Counted from the first letter of the stretch, positions 11,880 through 24,825 are shown. The stretch is 64,000 nucleotides of DNA from Lama guanicoe (GCA_013239625.1 MU053934.1:2101031-2165030); one strand, 5' to 3'. Made by a program: numbers and translations. The notes: generated by a model not told the origin, from the letters alone.

Positions 11880-13490
11880 AGTGATTTACGTCCCGTTTTA
11901 TTGGAGCTGATCTTCCAGGAGCTTGCTGAGAGAGGCTGCACAGGAACGTATTTTGGGATCTTGGATATCTGAAAATGTTTTTGTCAAACTGTCACAGCTG
12001 GTTGATACCTTCCCTGAGAATACGATTCTACTTTGAAGGTTATTTTCATCCAGACTTTTGAAGGCATTGGGTCATCTGCTAGCCCTCAGTGTTGCTTCAG
12101 CCCTCAGTCTGAAGCTGTTCTAATACCATTTTGTTTTGTTTTTCTCTCTGGAAGATGACAGAATCTTCTTTTCTTCTCTTCGATGTTCTGAAATTTCAGT
12201 CATGTACCTTGATTTGAGTGCATTTTCATCCACCCTGCTGGGCGCTTGGCCCTTTCACTTTGGAAATTTGCATTCTGCAGAATTTCTTGAGTTTTTCATG
12301 ATTGGTTTCTTCCTCCATTTTCTCTGTCCTCTTCGTTGGAACCCTATTATTCTGATGTTGGATCTCCTTGTCTGTACTTCCTTTTTTTTTTTTCTGGCCT
12401 GTTTTCAATCTGTCTTTTTTGCTTTCATTTCTAAGATGTTTCCTCAACTTGATTTTTCAACTCTTTTATTGTTTTTTAAATTTCAACTATCATGTCTAAT
12501 ATCTAAAGCTCTTTCTAAATCTTTGAATGTTTTCTGATGGTATCCTATTTTTGTTTCACTTCAGGAATGCGGTATTGTTTTCTTACCTCTCTGAAGACAA
12601 AAATATATTTTTAAAAACTCCTGGCACAGTGTCTGTTTCTTCCAGGTTGCTTTTATACTGTTTGTTTTGGACTTTCTCTTCCATGTTAAAGGTTTCCCTC
12701 AGCTATGAGGTATTTCTTAGATCTGTTGTCAATAAAATACTTTAAAAAAAAATTGGAAGCTCTGAGTGCATGAGTGACTGGAGCTTCACACCAGGGTAAT
12801 CTGGGGGGCCTAGTTGTTGGGAAACCCAGTACGTCAGTGTTTTTAAGTCTTTCCTTCAAGCTAGATGTCTTCCAACCTTCTTCCTGGAAGGAAAGGGCTT
12901 GGTTCTAGAATTCTAGGAACAAATCTGAGGGGTGAGGGTTGGAGCAGAGGGAGTATGTTGTTTCCGTGTTCAGTGTTAAAATACATATGGTCCCTTTATC
13001 TCTGTTTCAATGTCCTCAGCGGTGTCTGGCACCCCCAATCTGGGGATGCTGCGCTTCACCGTCTCCTGAGCATCATCTTCCAGACTTCGTCCAGCAAGGG
13101 GGAGACTCAGCTGCAAGGAAGTGTGTGGGAGTGAAGAGTGAGAAAGGGGATCCAGGATCTAACTGCTTCCTAGATAGCTCCTGGCGCTCCTGTTTTAGCC
13201 TCCACCCCACTCCGCCGCCCCCGTCACTCACCAGGAACCCTGGTCCTGCCCATTTCTTTGTCTTGGGCTGAGTCTGCTGTGTAAATCAGGTTTGTGCTCA
13301 GCCTTCCCCATGGCTGCTTTGGCTTTGGTTTTCGGGGCCAGCCAGCTTCATCCCCTCTGTCCTTGTGGCTGTGGTCTCCCTATTTTCTCAACATTGTGGG
13401 TTATTTATTTATTTATTGTCAAAAATCCCTCTTCTGGAAATTCTCATGGGGTTTCAGGAAGGAGCAAAATTAGAGGCATATATTCAATCT
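11880..13490 (-). mobile_element. ancient L1-related element (HAL1-like, degenerate ORF1 region)
   Basis: GCTTGCTGAGAGAGGCTGCA..TCTGAAAATGT..TTTTGAAGGCATTG; long T-rich strand; explains F/L/S-rich spurious + strand ORFs. Confidence 0.65.
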
Positions 13491-13744
13491 GTCATTGTAA
13501 ATTGAACACTGCCCCAAAATTCTGAGACCCCACCTGCTTCATAAAATTTGGTGTGGGGGTTGTCCGTAGCGTTATGGACAATTCATAAATTCAACTTATT
13601 CTGCAGGCTTTGCTGTGTGCGACCACACACCGGGCACTCTGCTGAAACTGGGGACTATACATGTGTTTAGGACATGGTACCAGCCTCATGGATATCAGTT
13701 AAGCAGAAGAGATGACCATACTCAAGGGACCATAATAAAAGCCC

Positions 13745-14050
13745 ACAACCCCTCATCCTAAGCCCTTAGGGATCAAATGGGTCTTGGATTTCAGAATTTA
13801 TCAGAGTTTAGAAAGATAATACAGGGCATAGATCATTATTCTCACAGCATCCTGGTGGGGCCTGCAGAAACACTTGGGAATCAAATACATTTATATTCCT
13901 ATAGTGAAACATGTGGATATTCACATTAAATAGAGTTAAAAAAAAAGGCTATAAATAGACTGCCCATCCAGGGCCAGTTTTAAAAGCAAATGATTTAACA
14001 AACCAAGTCCAGCTTTTGGTTTGAGGATTTCTGAGTTGCTAGTAAGGCAA
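13745..14050 (+). mobile_element. TcMar-Tigger MITE (MER46C-like)
   Basis: CCTCATCCTAAGCCCTTAGGGATCAAATG..TTCAGAATTT..AATCAAATACATT..GATATTCACATTAA. Confidence 0.7.
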
Positions 14051-14464
14051 CTCTTTAATGTGTTAAGTTCTGTAAATGAAGTGTGTACAAAGTACTGTGG
14101 GTACAGACTGCAGCGAGAGGGGGAGGCTTCACAGTGGAGGTGACATTTGAGCTAGACCTTGAAGAATGAATAGGAGCTCCCTAGGAAGGAAAGGGAATTC
14201 TAGGCAGAGTGAGCAGCTCAAGCAAAGGCCCAGAGGTTTGAAGCATGAAAGAATATTCCTTTGTTTCCTGCTCTGGGAGAAAACAGGCAGCTAGGCAGCT
14301 TGGTTTGGGTTCTAGAGCCAGGTCTCCTCCCCTATAGGATGAGTCCACTCTTTCCAGCTGAACTTCAGCAGGGGTGGACCGGTAGAAGGTGGGGCCCAGG
14401 TTGGCAGGGGCAGGTCACGGAGCACTGTCTGGGCCAAACTAAGTCCAAGCCTCACCTTGTAGGA

Positions 14465-15840
14465 CAGCATTTCTCAAAGTGCTCCCCAAACTCTTTCAAG
14501 GCGTCCAAGAGGTCAAAAGCATTTTTACAGTGATGCTAACACATTATTTGCTTTTTAAAATTTTAACTTTGTTGACATATGCAATGATGGGAAACGATGT
14601 TGAGTAAAACTGCTGGAAGCTGAGCAGGTAGTCATTCTATGCCTCACCACTGGGTACTTGCAATTAAAAAAATTTTTAAAGCTTGCTCTACTTATGAATA
14701 TCCTTGATGAAACAGTAAATTTATTATTTTTATTAAGCCTTGACCCTTGAGTACATGACATTCTAAATTCTGTGTGATGGAATGGGATATATGCACAAAG
14801 CAATTTTGTTCCATCAGAGTATCATGGTGATCTCCAGAAAAAACATACATGCAAACTAGTGGTTTTTCACAGAGCACCAATTTGACTTGAAAGAACAACC
14901 TTAGAAAAAAAATATGGTTATTCAGATTTGGGTATTTGGCAGACATTTTCTTGAAAATGAAGGCAGTGACACTGCAACTTCAAGGAGAACAATTGACAGT
15001 ATTAGTTGCCAATGATAAAATTCAAGCTTTTGAGCAAAAATGAAAATGTTGGAAATTTCACACCATGGATTTGAAAGCTTCCCAATACTAAACGAATTTT
15101 CTGGTAAGACCAATGGTAATAATGCCAGGAGTAATATTAATAGTGAGACTTTTCATGACAGTGTAATGGAATGTGCTGGTGTTTCAAAGATCTGCATATG
15201 TCAGTAACCCAATATTTTCCACAGGACCAATGCACAATGTTACAAAATCATGCATGCAAAAAATTCTACTGAAAATGCAAGCTAGATCAATGGATTTTAA
15301 TGTAACTGAGTGAGAAAAGTTCACTGATATGGTTTCAGATTCCACACCGCAACTAATCTTTAAGAAACTACCACTCGCTGAATGTTCACGTAGTATTCAA
15401 AAAGAATATTCAGTTATCTGAAAGGACTATTAAAATACTCCTCTTTTTCCCATGTATATACTTTTGTGAGGTTCGATTTTCTTCATAAACTTCAACCAAA
15501 ACAATACTGCAACAGATTGTGGAAGCAAAGATAAGTACAAGCTATTTTCTATTTAAACCAGCCAACAAAAAGACTTGTAAAACTGTAAAACATTGCCACA
15601 TTGCTCACTAATCATTTTTGCTTGGGGAAATTCAGTTCTTTTTCACAAAATATTCAGATGTAATGGGTTTGCTACTTCTATCTTTTGATTAGTAAAAAAG
15701 TATTTTAAATATTCTCACTTTTAATTTCTAATATGGTTAATATTGATCCATATAACTCATATAAACAGGAACTCTTGGGGTTCTTAATAACTTTTCAGAC
15801 TGCAAAGAGGTCCTAAGACCAAAGAGTTGGAGAACCACTG
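14465..15840 (+). mobile_element. hAT-Charlie DNA transposon (Charlie1a-like), near full length, decayed transposase fragment
   Basis: TIRs CAGCATTTCTCAAA ... TTGGAGAACCACTG; + strand at about 14915-15040 reads WLFRFGYLADIFLKMKAVTLQLQGEQLTVLVANDKIQAFEQK, typical of Charlie/ZBED5-family hAT transposases. Confidence 0.88.
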
Positions 15841-16349
15841 CTGCACGCAAAGAGAAGTCAGTGGCAGATTGGAACAAGAGGAGGGATTTTGTTCTGGAAA
15901 GACCCTTCTAAAAGCAAGGTGGAAGCCAGGCTAGAGTGGAAACAGGTTGCAGGTAAGTGGCCCAGTCAGATGAGGAGAGAATGGGTGTAGCAATGGGAAT
16001 GGGAAAGGAAAGGAGTTTTGCAAGGAGCATTCCAGAATGAGAAATGTCAAGACACGTTGATTATCTGCCCACCCTCACCCACCATTGCTCCTCCCTCAGC
16101 AAGCATCACTTTTCATCTATATTCCTGTTAGCCTTGGCTGATCTCTAATGGGCATCAAGCTTAGTAGGTTCCAAAATAGACTTGATTTCCCCCAAACCAG
16201 ACCTGCTTATCTTTTAGATGAGGAAACCGAGGCTCACAGAACTTCAGAACTAACCAGGTCATGGGTATAAACAGAAACAAGATTCCAGCCCTGGTCTCAG
16301 GTGGGATTGTTTCTAAAACTCAAGCTCCTTCCCTGACCCCAGCCTTCCT

Positions 16350-17420
16350 CTTTTCAGGCACACAAGGGGCTTTTGGGACGCGCTTTGCATGCGGTTCTGC
16401 GAACTCATTAAAAGGCCTGTAGGGTCAGGAGACTGGGGGCGGCCTGTTGACCTCCCAGGCAGGGCTGGAGTCAGCTTGGTCCAGGAACCCTGGCAGGGGA
16501 GTTGGCAATGGGGGAAGAATTTTTAACCAAGAAGTGTCGCCTTTTATCCCAATTCTTTTCTGTCCCTCCAGCCTGCTCTGGCCAATGTCAGTCACTACGA
16601 CGTGTATTAAGCCTCATTAGCGGAGAGGCCAGGCCTGGTGATCCTCAGGTAATTAAACAGCAGAATCCTTTAAACCATCAGCCACTGTGTACTCTCAAGG
16701 GCCGCTTTCCAATCAGGCATCTCAAGAGTGGTCTGTAGGGGCTAAAAGAAGCTCCCTCTGCTACATCAGGGAAAAGGGAGACAGGCACAATTAAATCTAC
16801 AGACGTGCTAATTCAGGGACTAAATCTAGCGGGTGGCGGGGGCAGAGGTCCTAAAGCCTGGCTCCAAGGAACGCCACAGCCCGACTCTAAGGAGACAGGG
16901 TCACGTGACTGGTATCCCCTCGGGCGGCCATGCAAATGAGATCACGGCCACAGTAATACCCTGAATCACAAGCTCTCGAGATCCCCACCCATTTCATTAC
17001 AGGAAATGCAGTGTTTTCCTTGGGTTTTCCAAGAACTCTGAGGGGCGCGGACATGTGCCCAAGTCGTGGGCCGCGCGCTGCCTGTGAGCGGCGCGCCCCC
17101 TAGAGGCCGGCGGCTCCCGGCTCCCTCCCGCTGTGTACAGATGTGCTGGGGCTCCAGTCGGCTTGGACAGTGTGGTTGCCCAGGAAGCACCCTTCCAAAG
17201 GGTACCTTTTGAATTGAGGGGGAGAAGAAAAAGTGTTCCCTTTGCGTTACCTCCTGACCCATTGCAAAGCTGCCAGGGTCCCGAACGATTGTTTCCTCTC
17301 AGTTCCCCCTATTTCCTCTGGGGGGCGCGCGTGCGCTGCTAGGACCGGTTTTCAGAGCAGGCTGCCCATGTGCTTAACTGTCTCTTCTCCAGGCTTCTGG
17401 GCTGGACTTGCGATGCGCTC
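16350..17420. promoter_or_regulatory. CpG-enriched non-repetitive candidate cis-regulatory element
   Basis: CCAAT 16582, TAATTA 16650, GTCACGTGAC 16900-16909, GGGCGG 16922, ATGCAAAT 16930-16937, CTCF motif 17093-17108; dense CpG at 16.8-17.4 kb. Confidence 0.65.
17093..17108 (-). promoter_or_regulatory. CTCF binding motif
   Basis: Minus strand GGCCTCTAGGGGGCGC matches the CTCF core consensus. Confidence 0.7.
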
Positions 17421-17539
17421 AGGGCAGGGAAATCTACAGCCCCCTCTTAAGGTTGTAGAATCTAAGAGCTGCCATCTCAGCCACGTTGGAAGACCCCAGA
17501 GTTCCTGCATCCAGCATGGGGAGGGAGCAGGATGTGAGA

Positions 17540-17765
17540 ATATTTTTACTGGACCTTCTGTGTCAGCCAGTGTTCTAAGCACTTTTTACATGTTTCTGTC
17601 CCTTTGATCCTCACAATAACTGTATAAGGCAGCTACTAATATTATCCCCATTTCACAGTCAGGCATGGGGAGATTAAGTAACTTGCCTAATGTCCCACAG
17701 CTACTGATGGCAGAGCAGAGTTCAAATCCAGGCTAGCTGGCCCTCAGGCATGCTCTTCTCCACCA
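17540..17765 (-). mobile_element. MIR SINE
   Basis: ATCCTCACAATAAC..ATTATCCCCATTTCACAG..TTAAGTAACTTGCC. Confidence 0.85.
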
Positions 17766-17845
17766 CACTGTGCTGGGTTGTGAGGACTGGCTTGAGACAC
17801 CCCGAGGCTGGTGGGGAGGACAGCAGAGATTGGGAATGATGATCG

Positions 17846-18220
17846 TGGTAGTCAGATTTATGTGTCAGCTGAGGGGACACTACAGTCCCCAGCTACTCAA
17901 TCAAACACTAGGTGTTGCTGTGAAGCTATTTTGTAGATGTGATTTGCCTATAATGAGTTTAAGTAAGGGAGGTTATCCAAGATCATCTGAGTGGGTCTGA
18001 TTTGATCAGTCGAAAGGCTTTAAGAACAGAACTGACGCTTCCTTAAAGAAGAAATTCCACTTGCGGACAGCAGTTTCATCTCATGCTTGACAGTTTTGGC
18101 CCTCCTGACAACTTGCCCTACAGATTTCGGACTAGCCTACCAGCTCCCACAATGGCATAAACCAATTTCTTTAATATATCCTACCAGTCATGTTTTTCCA
18201 GTTGAACCCTGACTGATACA
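17846..18220 (+). mobile_element. ERVL solo LTR (MLT2-type)
   Basis: TTTATGTGTCAGCT..TCAAACACTAGGTGTTGCTGTGAAG..TTTTGTAGATGTGATT...AACCCTGACTGATACA. Confidence 0.85.
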
Positions 18221-18529
18221 ATGAACAAAGAACAGGAGGATGACTGTGAGGGCGGCGGGGGATGGATGACAACCCCCCTCCCAGGACCTGGCTCACTCTG
18301 AGCCCCTCCAATAGCTAGCTGCCATCCTGGGGAAAGTTGGAAAATTCCACACTGAATGAGATAAGAAATTTCGTTCAGGTATCAAAAAATGAAGAGACAT
18401 TTTTGCACTCCTGAGTTTATGGGCTCAAAGGATCCATACCTACTACAGTATTTTAGCATCTTATACCTACCTCAGGGTGTGACAAAAGAATAGACACACA
18501 GTAGCAGTAACCAAACCACAATACTAAGA

Positions 18530-18780
18530 GTAATAACTACCTTATAGGAAGAAATTATCGGTGTCCAGTATTGTGCTTCCCGGACATTATCTAACTTGAT
18601 GCTCACAGCAACCCTTGTGAAGGAGTGATGGTTATCAGCACAGTCCCATTTACAAAAGAGGAACTAAGACCTGGAAGGATGAAATGATTGCCCCAATGTT
18701 CCATGGCTGGTGAGTGAGAGTCAGGATCCAAGATCCCACCTGTTTGCCCGCAAAGTTGTACTTTAACTCCTGTATGACAC
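18530..18780 (-). mobile_element. MIR SINE
   Basis: CTCACAGCAACCCTTGTGAAG..CCCATTTACAAAAGAGGAACTAAG. Confidence 0.75.
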
Positions 18781-19074
18781 TGATCTCTGGCAAAATGACT
18801 GGGACTCACACTTCCGACCCACCATTTTTCCTTTAAAGTTTCCAGAGACTCACAGGGGCTCCTCAGCTACAACAGACCTCTTTTTCTCCCTCCTGGCACC
18901 TGTCCTGTGTCCTCTGGTCATCCCCACTAGGATGCTCCCAGACTCTGTCAGTGTCTCCGCTCCAGGCTGAAGATGCTGGCTGTGTCATTGCTTAAGGATG
19001 GGGTGACTGCTGCTGCCCCTCTGGACTCCAACAATCCTACCCAAGGGTCACTCCCTCCCTCTTCTTCCTGGCTA

Positions 19075-19530
19075 GCAGCACTATTCACAATAGCCAAAAG
19101 GTGACGAAAACCCAGATGTCCATCAACCGATGAATGGACAAACAAAAATGTGATATGTCCATATTATTCAGCCATAAAAAGACATGAGATACTGATACCT
19201 GCTACACCATGGATGAACCTGAAAAACATGCTCAGTGAAAGAAGCCAGACACAAAGGGTCACATATTGTATGAGTCCACTTACATGAAATATCCAGAATA
19301 CATAAATCTGCAGAGAAAGAAAGCAGACTAATGATTGCTAGACAGGAGGACGAGAGGGATAGGGGATTGACTGCTTAATGGTTACAGGGTATCCTCTGGG
19401 GGTGATGAAACTGTTTTGGAACTGGATAGAGATGATGGTTGCACAACATTGTGATTGTACTAAATGCCGGTTTATTGTACCTTTAAAAATGACTCACTTT
19501 ATGTTATGTGAATTTTGCCTCAATAAAAAC
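19075..19530 (+). mobile_element. old L1 3' end (L1MB-like)
   Basis: GCAGCACTATTCACAATAGCCAAAAGG..ATGGATGAACCT..GAAAGAAGCCAGACACAAA..CCTCAATAAAAA. Confidence 0.88.
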
Positions 19531-19794
19531 ACATACAAACAGAAATAATTAAGTAATGCTAGGTTATCTGTGTACATCGAGTCATATCACAATTTCATCT
19601 GTCTTCATGTCAGCCGTCCTTGGTACAAGATCCTGGGCTGTGGCTGGCCTAGCAGCATTGCTCTGATCGTTCAGTAAGTTCCCCTGCCTCTCTGGTCCCC
19701 ATCGTGTCTTCCCAGGCACGGTAAGTGGAGAAAACTGCCTCTACAGGGTAGGTCTCCCATCTGGTGCCTGTCGAGGGGGATTAAAGTACCTATT

Positions 19795-20280
19795 TATTAG
19801 TCTGGGCTCTTCACTGAGAGGGACAGAAACACGCTCTGGCTGATTAAGCACAAAAGGAGCTTATTAAAAGGAAATTAACTCACAGAATTGGTTGAAGGGC
19901 TGGCGGACCTGGGTTGGGTCGCAGCTTCCAGAATCCACGCCGTGAATCGGACGTAGAAACAGCTGGATGAGCAAAACGCCACCACTGCTGCGGCTCCGCG
20001 GAGGCGTTTCTGCACCAAGGTGTCCCCCTAAAGCTGAGCGCCTGGAGCCGCTCGCCACGCAGAGCATCCTTCCTCAAGTTCTCACGTCCTTAGCCTCGTC
20101 TCCCGGGCGAGTCTGATTGGTGGAACCCGGTCACGTGCCTGTGCCCTGGCCGCAGGGAAGGCTGGGAAGCCAACATTTCCCTGTTCCGCCTGGGGCAGAG
20201 GGGGCTCAGGTTAGAAATCTTTCTCAAATACGGCAAGGTGTTGAAAATGCGGTAGGCATACGGAAAACGTGACAAACAGC
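19795..20280 (-). mobile_element. MaLR LTR (MLT1J/K-like) with unusually retained CpGs
   Basis: TATTAGTC..GACAGAAAC..TTAAGCACAAAAGGAGCTTATT; CTGATTGG..GGTCACGTGCC. Confidence 0.65.
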
Positions 20281-20379
20281 AGATACAGCGTTATTACTCC
20301 TGCACTGTTTGCAGGCCCGTGCTCATCTGACATTATGCCTCCCTCTCATGAGGCAAACTGGGACTTCTGCTAATAGAGA

Positions 20380-20940
20380 CCCAGCCTGGTCAGCTCTGAT
20401 TTTTGACTGTCCAGAAACTTTACTCGTCCCCCTCTCCAAGACATGCAGGTCTCATTGGGCTGTTGGTCACGGAGACCATCCACCCTACCAACCCCTAATT
20501 ATGAGGTAGGTTATGTAACTCAGACTGGATCAAGCATTGTATCCCATTTCCTGAGAATAGCGATTGCCCAAGGGGGCCCATGACCAAAACAGTGCCATTT
20601 AGAATTTTCCCGGGGAGGGATATGATGATGTGGATGTGGATGGCAAACCTCTCTTTTGCCCTGGAGTTGTTAAGCTGGGACGAAATTTATTTATTGCAGC
20701 TGGTGGCTTTCTTCTCTGATCACATGAAAAAAAACTATATGCAGTAGGAGAAAATTAGGTCAGTTTAGAATGAAGCAGAGATGAGGAACGGTGAGATAGC
20801 CAGGAAAACATGGTTTCATCTCCTGGATCCAGCTAAGCCTGAAGTCATTCTCTCTGTTTTTTAATTACTCAAGCCAGTACATTCCTTCATACAGCTTCAG
20901 CTACTTGGAGTTGGATATCTATCATAACTGAGCCTTTGTG
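20380..20940 (+). mobile_element. MaLR LTR (MLT1-type)
   Basis: CCTGGATCCAGCTAAGCCTGAAG..AGCCAGTACATTCC..TTGGAGTTGG. Confidence 0.6.
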
Positions 20941-22019
20941 CTAAACCACCCAATCCCTAGTGGGAAATTTACTATGAAGTAATTTTCTGTCCATTATCTT
21001 ATTTGGTAGTGGATTTTAAAGTAAGGAGGAGGGAGCTTTAATAGTAAAAAACAATGACTATTATTATCATCCCAATTTAACTAGAAGAAAATTTGAGTTC
21101 AGAGAGGTTAAGCTACTTGGCCAAGGTCACACAGCTAATTGTGGCCTGACTTGAGTTTGAACTCAGTTCTTCCTGCCTTCCTGTTCATCACTTGCTCGAG
21201 AATTTCTATAGTCAAATTTTACTTTCAGAACTAATTCCATCCCTTATAGTTTTCTCTAATACTTGGTATGCTCTGGCCATTCAAAGTCAGGTCTCAGCTC
21301 CTGATAACATAATAAAGAACTAAAAGAGCTTATGGAGTTATTCTTCCTGGGGTGTCTTCATTTTCAAAACGCATAAAGACCAAGGTATAAACCTCTGAAG
21401 GAGAAATTTTAGTCACTGATTGCCAATGGGAGGGACTCAGAGCCTCTGGAACTTTGATCCGCATACTTATACTTACGGGAAACCCTGGCCCTTCCCCAAG
21501 GCCTTTCCCTAGCTGGGACACTTTTTCTGGGAAACCCAAGAATTTCCAGATGGTAAGGGACACAAGGTCAACCTGTCTTTCGAGGCTGATATAATTCATG
21601 AGACCCTACAGTTTGAACACAGCCTCTTTCAAGCTCAAACACTCACCAAACCAGGTCAGCACTTGGAGATTAGTTATTTGGGAGGGAAAGGGGATAGAGG
21701 ATCATGGAAACTAACATTCACCAATCACATGCCAAGGATGGCAAATCAAGTTCTTCTCCACACTCACCTTCACTCCTGCATCAACAGGAATGCCAGAGCA
21801 GCCTCCAGGCTCAATTAGTAATATCTGTCCTGGATGCAGGAGAGGGCCTGGTAGGCTAGCTGCCTGCTTTCTGCCCTTTCTGGCTCTGAGCCAGGCTCTT
21901 TACATCATTAACCCCAAGTTATCACAACAACTAGGAGGTAGGAGTTACTTGTCTTGTTTTCCAGAGGAGAAGACTGAGGGTTTAGAGAGAATATTATCTA
22001 CCCCTTAGGAAAGTTATTA

Positions 22020-22415
22020 AGTGGGTAAAGTAAGTCAGACAGAGAACGACAAATACCATATGATATCAGTCATATGTGGAATCTAAAAAAATGTCCTAAG
22101 TGAACTTATTTACAAAACAGAAAGAGACTCACAGACCTTGAAAACAAATTTATGGTTACCAAAGGGGAAGGGGGGAGGGGGAGGGATGAATTGGGAGTTT
22201 GGGATTAGCAGATTCAAACTACTTTATATAGAATAAATCAACAACAAGGTCCTACTGTGCAGCACAGGGAACTATAGTCAATAGCTTGTAATAGCCTATC
22301 ATGATAAATAATATATATGTGTGTAACTGAATCACTATGCTGTACACCAGAAACTAACACACTGTGAATCTACTATACATCAATAGAAAACTTAAAAAAA
22401 GAATTCATAAATAAA
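22020..22415 (+). mobile_element. 5'-truncated L1 3' UTR
   Basis: GTAAGTCAGACAGAGAACGACAAATACCATATGATATC..GAAAACAAATTTATGGTTACC..CCAGAAACTAACAC; A-rich tail. Confidence 0.92.
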
Positions 22416-24825
22416 ATAAACAACTCACCACCACAACAAAAATTGCAACATTCTGTATCATTTGCTGTGTGCTTTCTACATGCAAGACACAGCAGTAAGC
22501 CTGTTGTATGTATAAACTTAGTTCATGGCCCAAAAGTCTGGTGAAGCAACTCGCCGTTTGGCAGATGAGGACACTGAAAAGCTGAGAATCCAAGTACTGG
22601 GTATGATGTCACTGGCTCATTGGCAGTAGAACGGAGGTGGAAGCTGGGTGTGTCCAAGGCTCTGGTGCCAGGCGCTCTGTGACTTCATGCTGCGTTATTT
22701 CCATCCTGAGTTGTTGCTTGGTTGTGAAGGGGCGTTCTGAGAATGTGATGGGCTAAAATACGACAGTACTAGCAAAAATGGGCTCAAGCATTTCTGGGAG
22801 AGGCTTTCTAATAAATCCCTCTGCAAGGAACACGTGGTTTCCACACATCAGCCTTGTTCAGAACAGGGCTGGCCCGTCCCTTGTGGCCAGCCACCCCTTT
22901 TAGGCTTTTTAAACACCAGCCCCTGCTCCACCCACCCATGGGGGTCAGCCCACAGCACCCTCCACCCCTCCTGCCCTGGCCTTTTCACATCTGCGTGAGT
23001 CAGAGGCATTCAGAACTTTCTGGATGAGATGGACCCTTTGGGAAAAATTTTATGAGGCAGCTTGGTACTGTGACAGGAGAGTTGCCACTGCTCCTGACTG
23101 GGTGACCTTCAGCCAACGGAGGGTCCTGCATCTGGAAAGCAAGAGGGATGGCCTACGTGACACCCAAGTGACATTGTTGCTCTCAACTGTGTGAAAGACT
23201 TGAGTCCTTGGACAATTTCCCTGCTCACCCTAAGACCCTGTCCACTCTTGCTCTCTCTCTCCATTTCCCAACACACTGCTAATCATTTTTCCAATGTGTC
23301 GTTAAGAAAATTTTCAAACGAGCACCAAAATGGAATTCATTTTACACTGATCATTCAGAGACCCTTCTGCTAGGTTCCACCTGCTTCTCTGCAGCCTGTT
23401 TCCCTGGTGACCACGGGGGCAGCAAGGCCCCCCAAACATACCTCCCTGAGGACACAGGGTGAGACTCCAACAGAACCCTTTCTTCCACCCACAGTTCATA
23501 CCCCTCACACATCCCCCTTGCCCCTGACTCCTTTCTCTGCTGGTAGCCATCTCTCTGGCCCTACAAATGTCCGTGCCCTGCTGTAGTGACGCCGATGAGA
23601 CCCTTGGTACCCTTCTCATAGGACGTCAGGGAGGGAAGGAGCTTGCCCGGTGCTGGGTGGAGCAGGGCACCCCAATTTCTTAAGAGGTCACTGTGCCAGG
23701 TACCTGCTATGTGCTGTCATTTGTATAACATTGCTCCCCTAGAGATGTGGAAGAAACACGTAACTGATGTGGAAACTTCAGGAAATTCCACAAAAGCCTA
23801 ATGAAAACCTGAAAACCACTTCCAAGCACCTCCTGGAGACAGGAGTCACTAGCATTTCATTTACCGACAACCCATTGCGTGCTGGGCATTGTTTGTGTTA
23901 CATGTAGTATTTCCTCAGCGATCGTATTCAGTAGGTATCTGTTATAACCTCCAATTCCCTGCTGTGGAAACTGAAAGGCAGAAAAGTTGACTGCTTTCCT
24001 CACATCCGCACAGCTTGGAAGAGGAGGAACCAGGACTCACACCTGGTCTGTTCTAGAGTTTGCCTTTCATCCCCAGCCTTCTTTCTGTCCCTGAACCCAT
24101 TATCCCCAGTTTAGGCGTTTTCCATGCAGTAACATTTGAGATGCACGTGTATATTTATTTTAATAAAATTGAGATCATGTTATTTCGTAACCGACTTCTT
24201 TCACTTAAAATACTTAACCATTTCTATTTATGTATTAGTCCTCAAAATAACCCTATCAAATAGACATTGTTATTTACACTTACAGATGAGAAAACTAAAG
24301 GCCATAGAATGAAACATGGAAAATGGAAGCTCAGAGAGGAAAAGGTAATGGTAGATGGTGAGGTTGAAGGATTCAAACATGGACTGAGGCTGGTACCTCC
24401 CACCCCCACCCCTACCTCCCACACCCAGGGGTGGGGCACAATCTGCTTGGGGTGGAGGAAGGCCACAAAGGGCAAAGCATTTTCTCCAAATCTCCCTAAA
24501 TCAGATCACACTCAGTTGCCAACTGAAACCCTGGCTGCTTGCTTTCTCCTCTGGAAGCTGGGGCTACTTTGCATGAGGTCTACATATAGTTGTCCCGTCC
24601 AGTGCGGACAATTGCTTGTCTTTCCGAGATGGGAGACTGGTCATTTCCCAGCAGAAAAGAGTATTGCAAGAACTGAATGAAGGAATGTATCCTATATATT
24701 GTAACATCATAGGAGGGCAATAGTTGATATATCATCGTGGTCATTATCACCATCATTCCCAAGGCAATAACAAAACTTGTCATCAAAGGTATGGTTTTTC
24801 CCTGAGGATGCCTTTCTAAACATCA

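Noticed and set aside
17048..17068. p53 response element GGACATGTGCCCAAGTC
   Set aside because: First half-site has a mismatch and the second is out of register
16890..17200. snRNA gene driven by the octamer motif
   Set aside because: No recognisable PSE or snRNA sequence downstream on either strand
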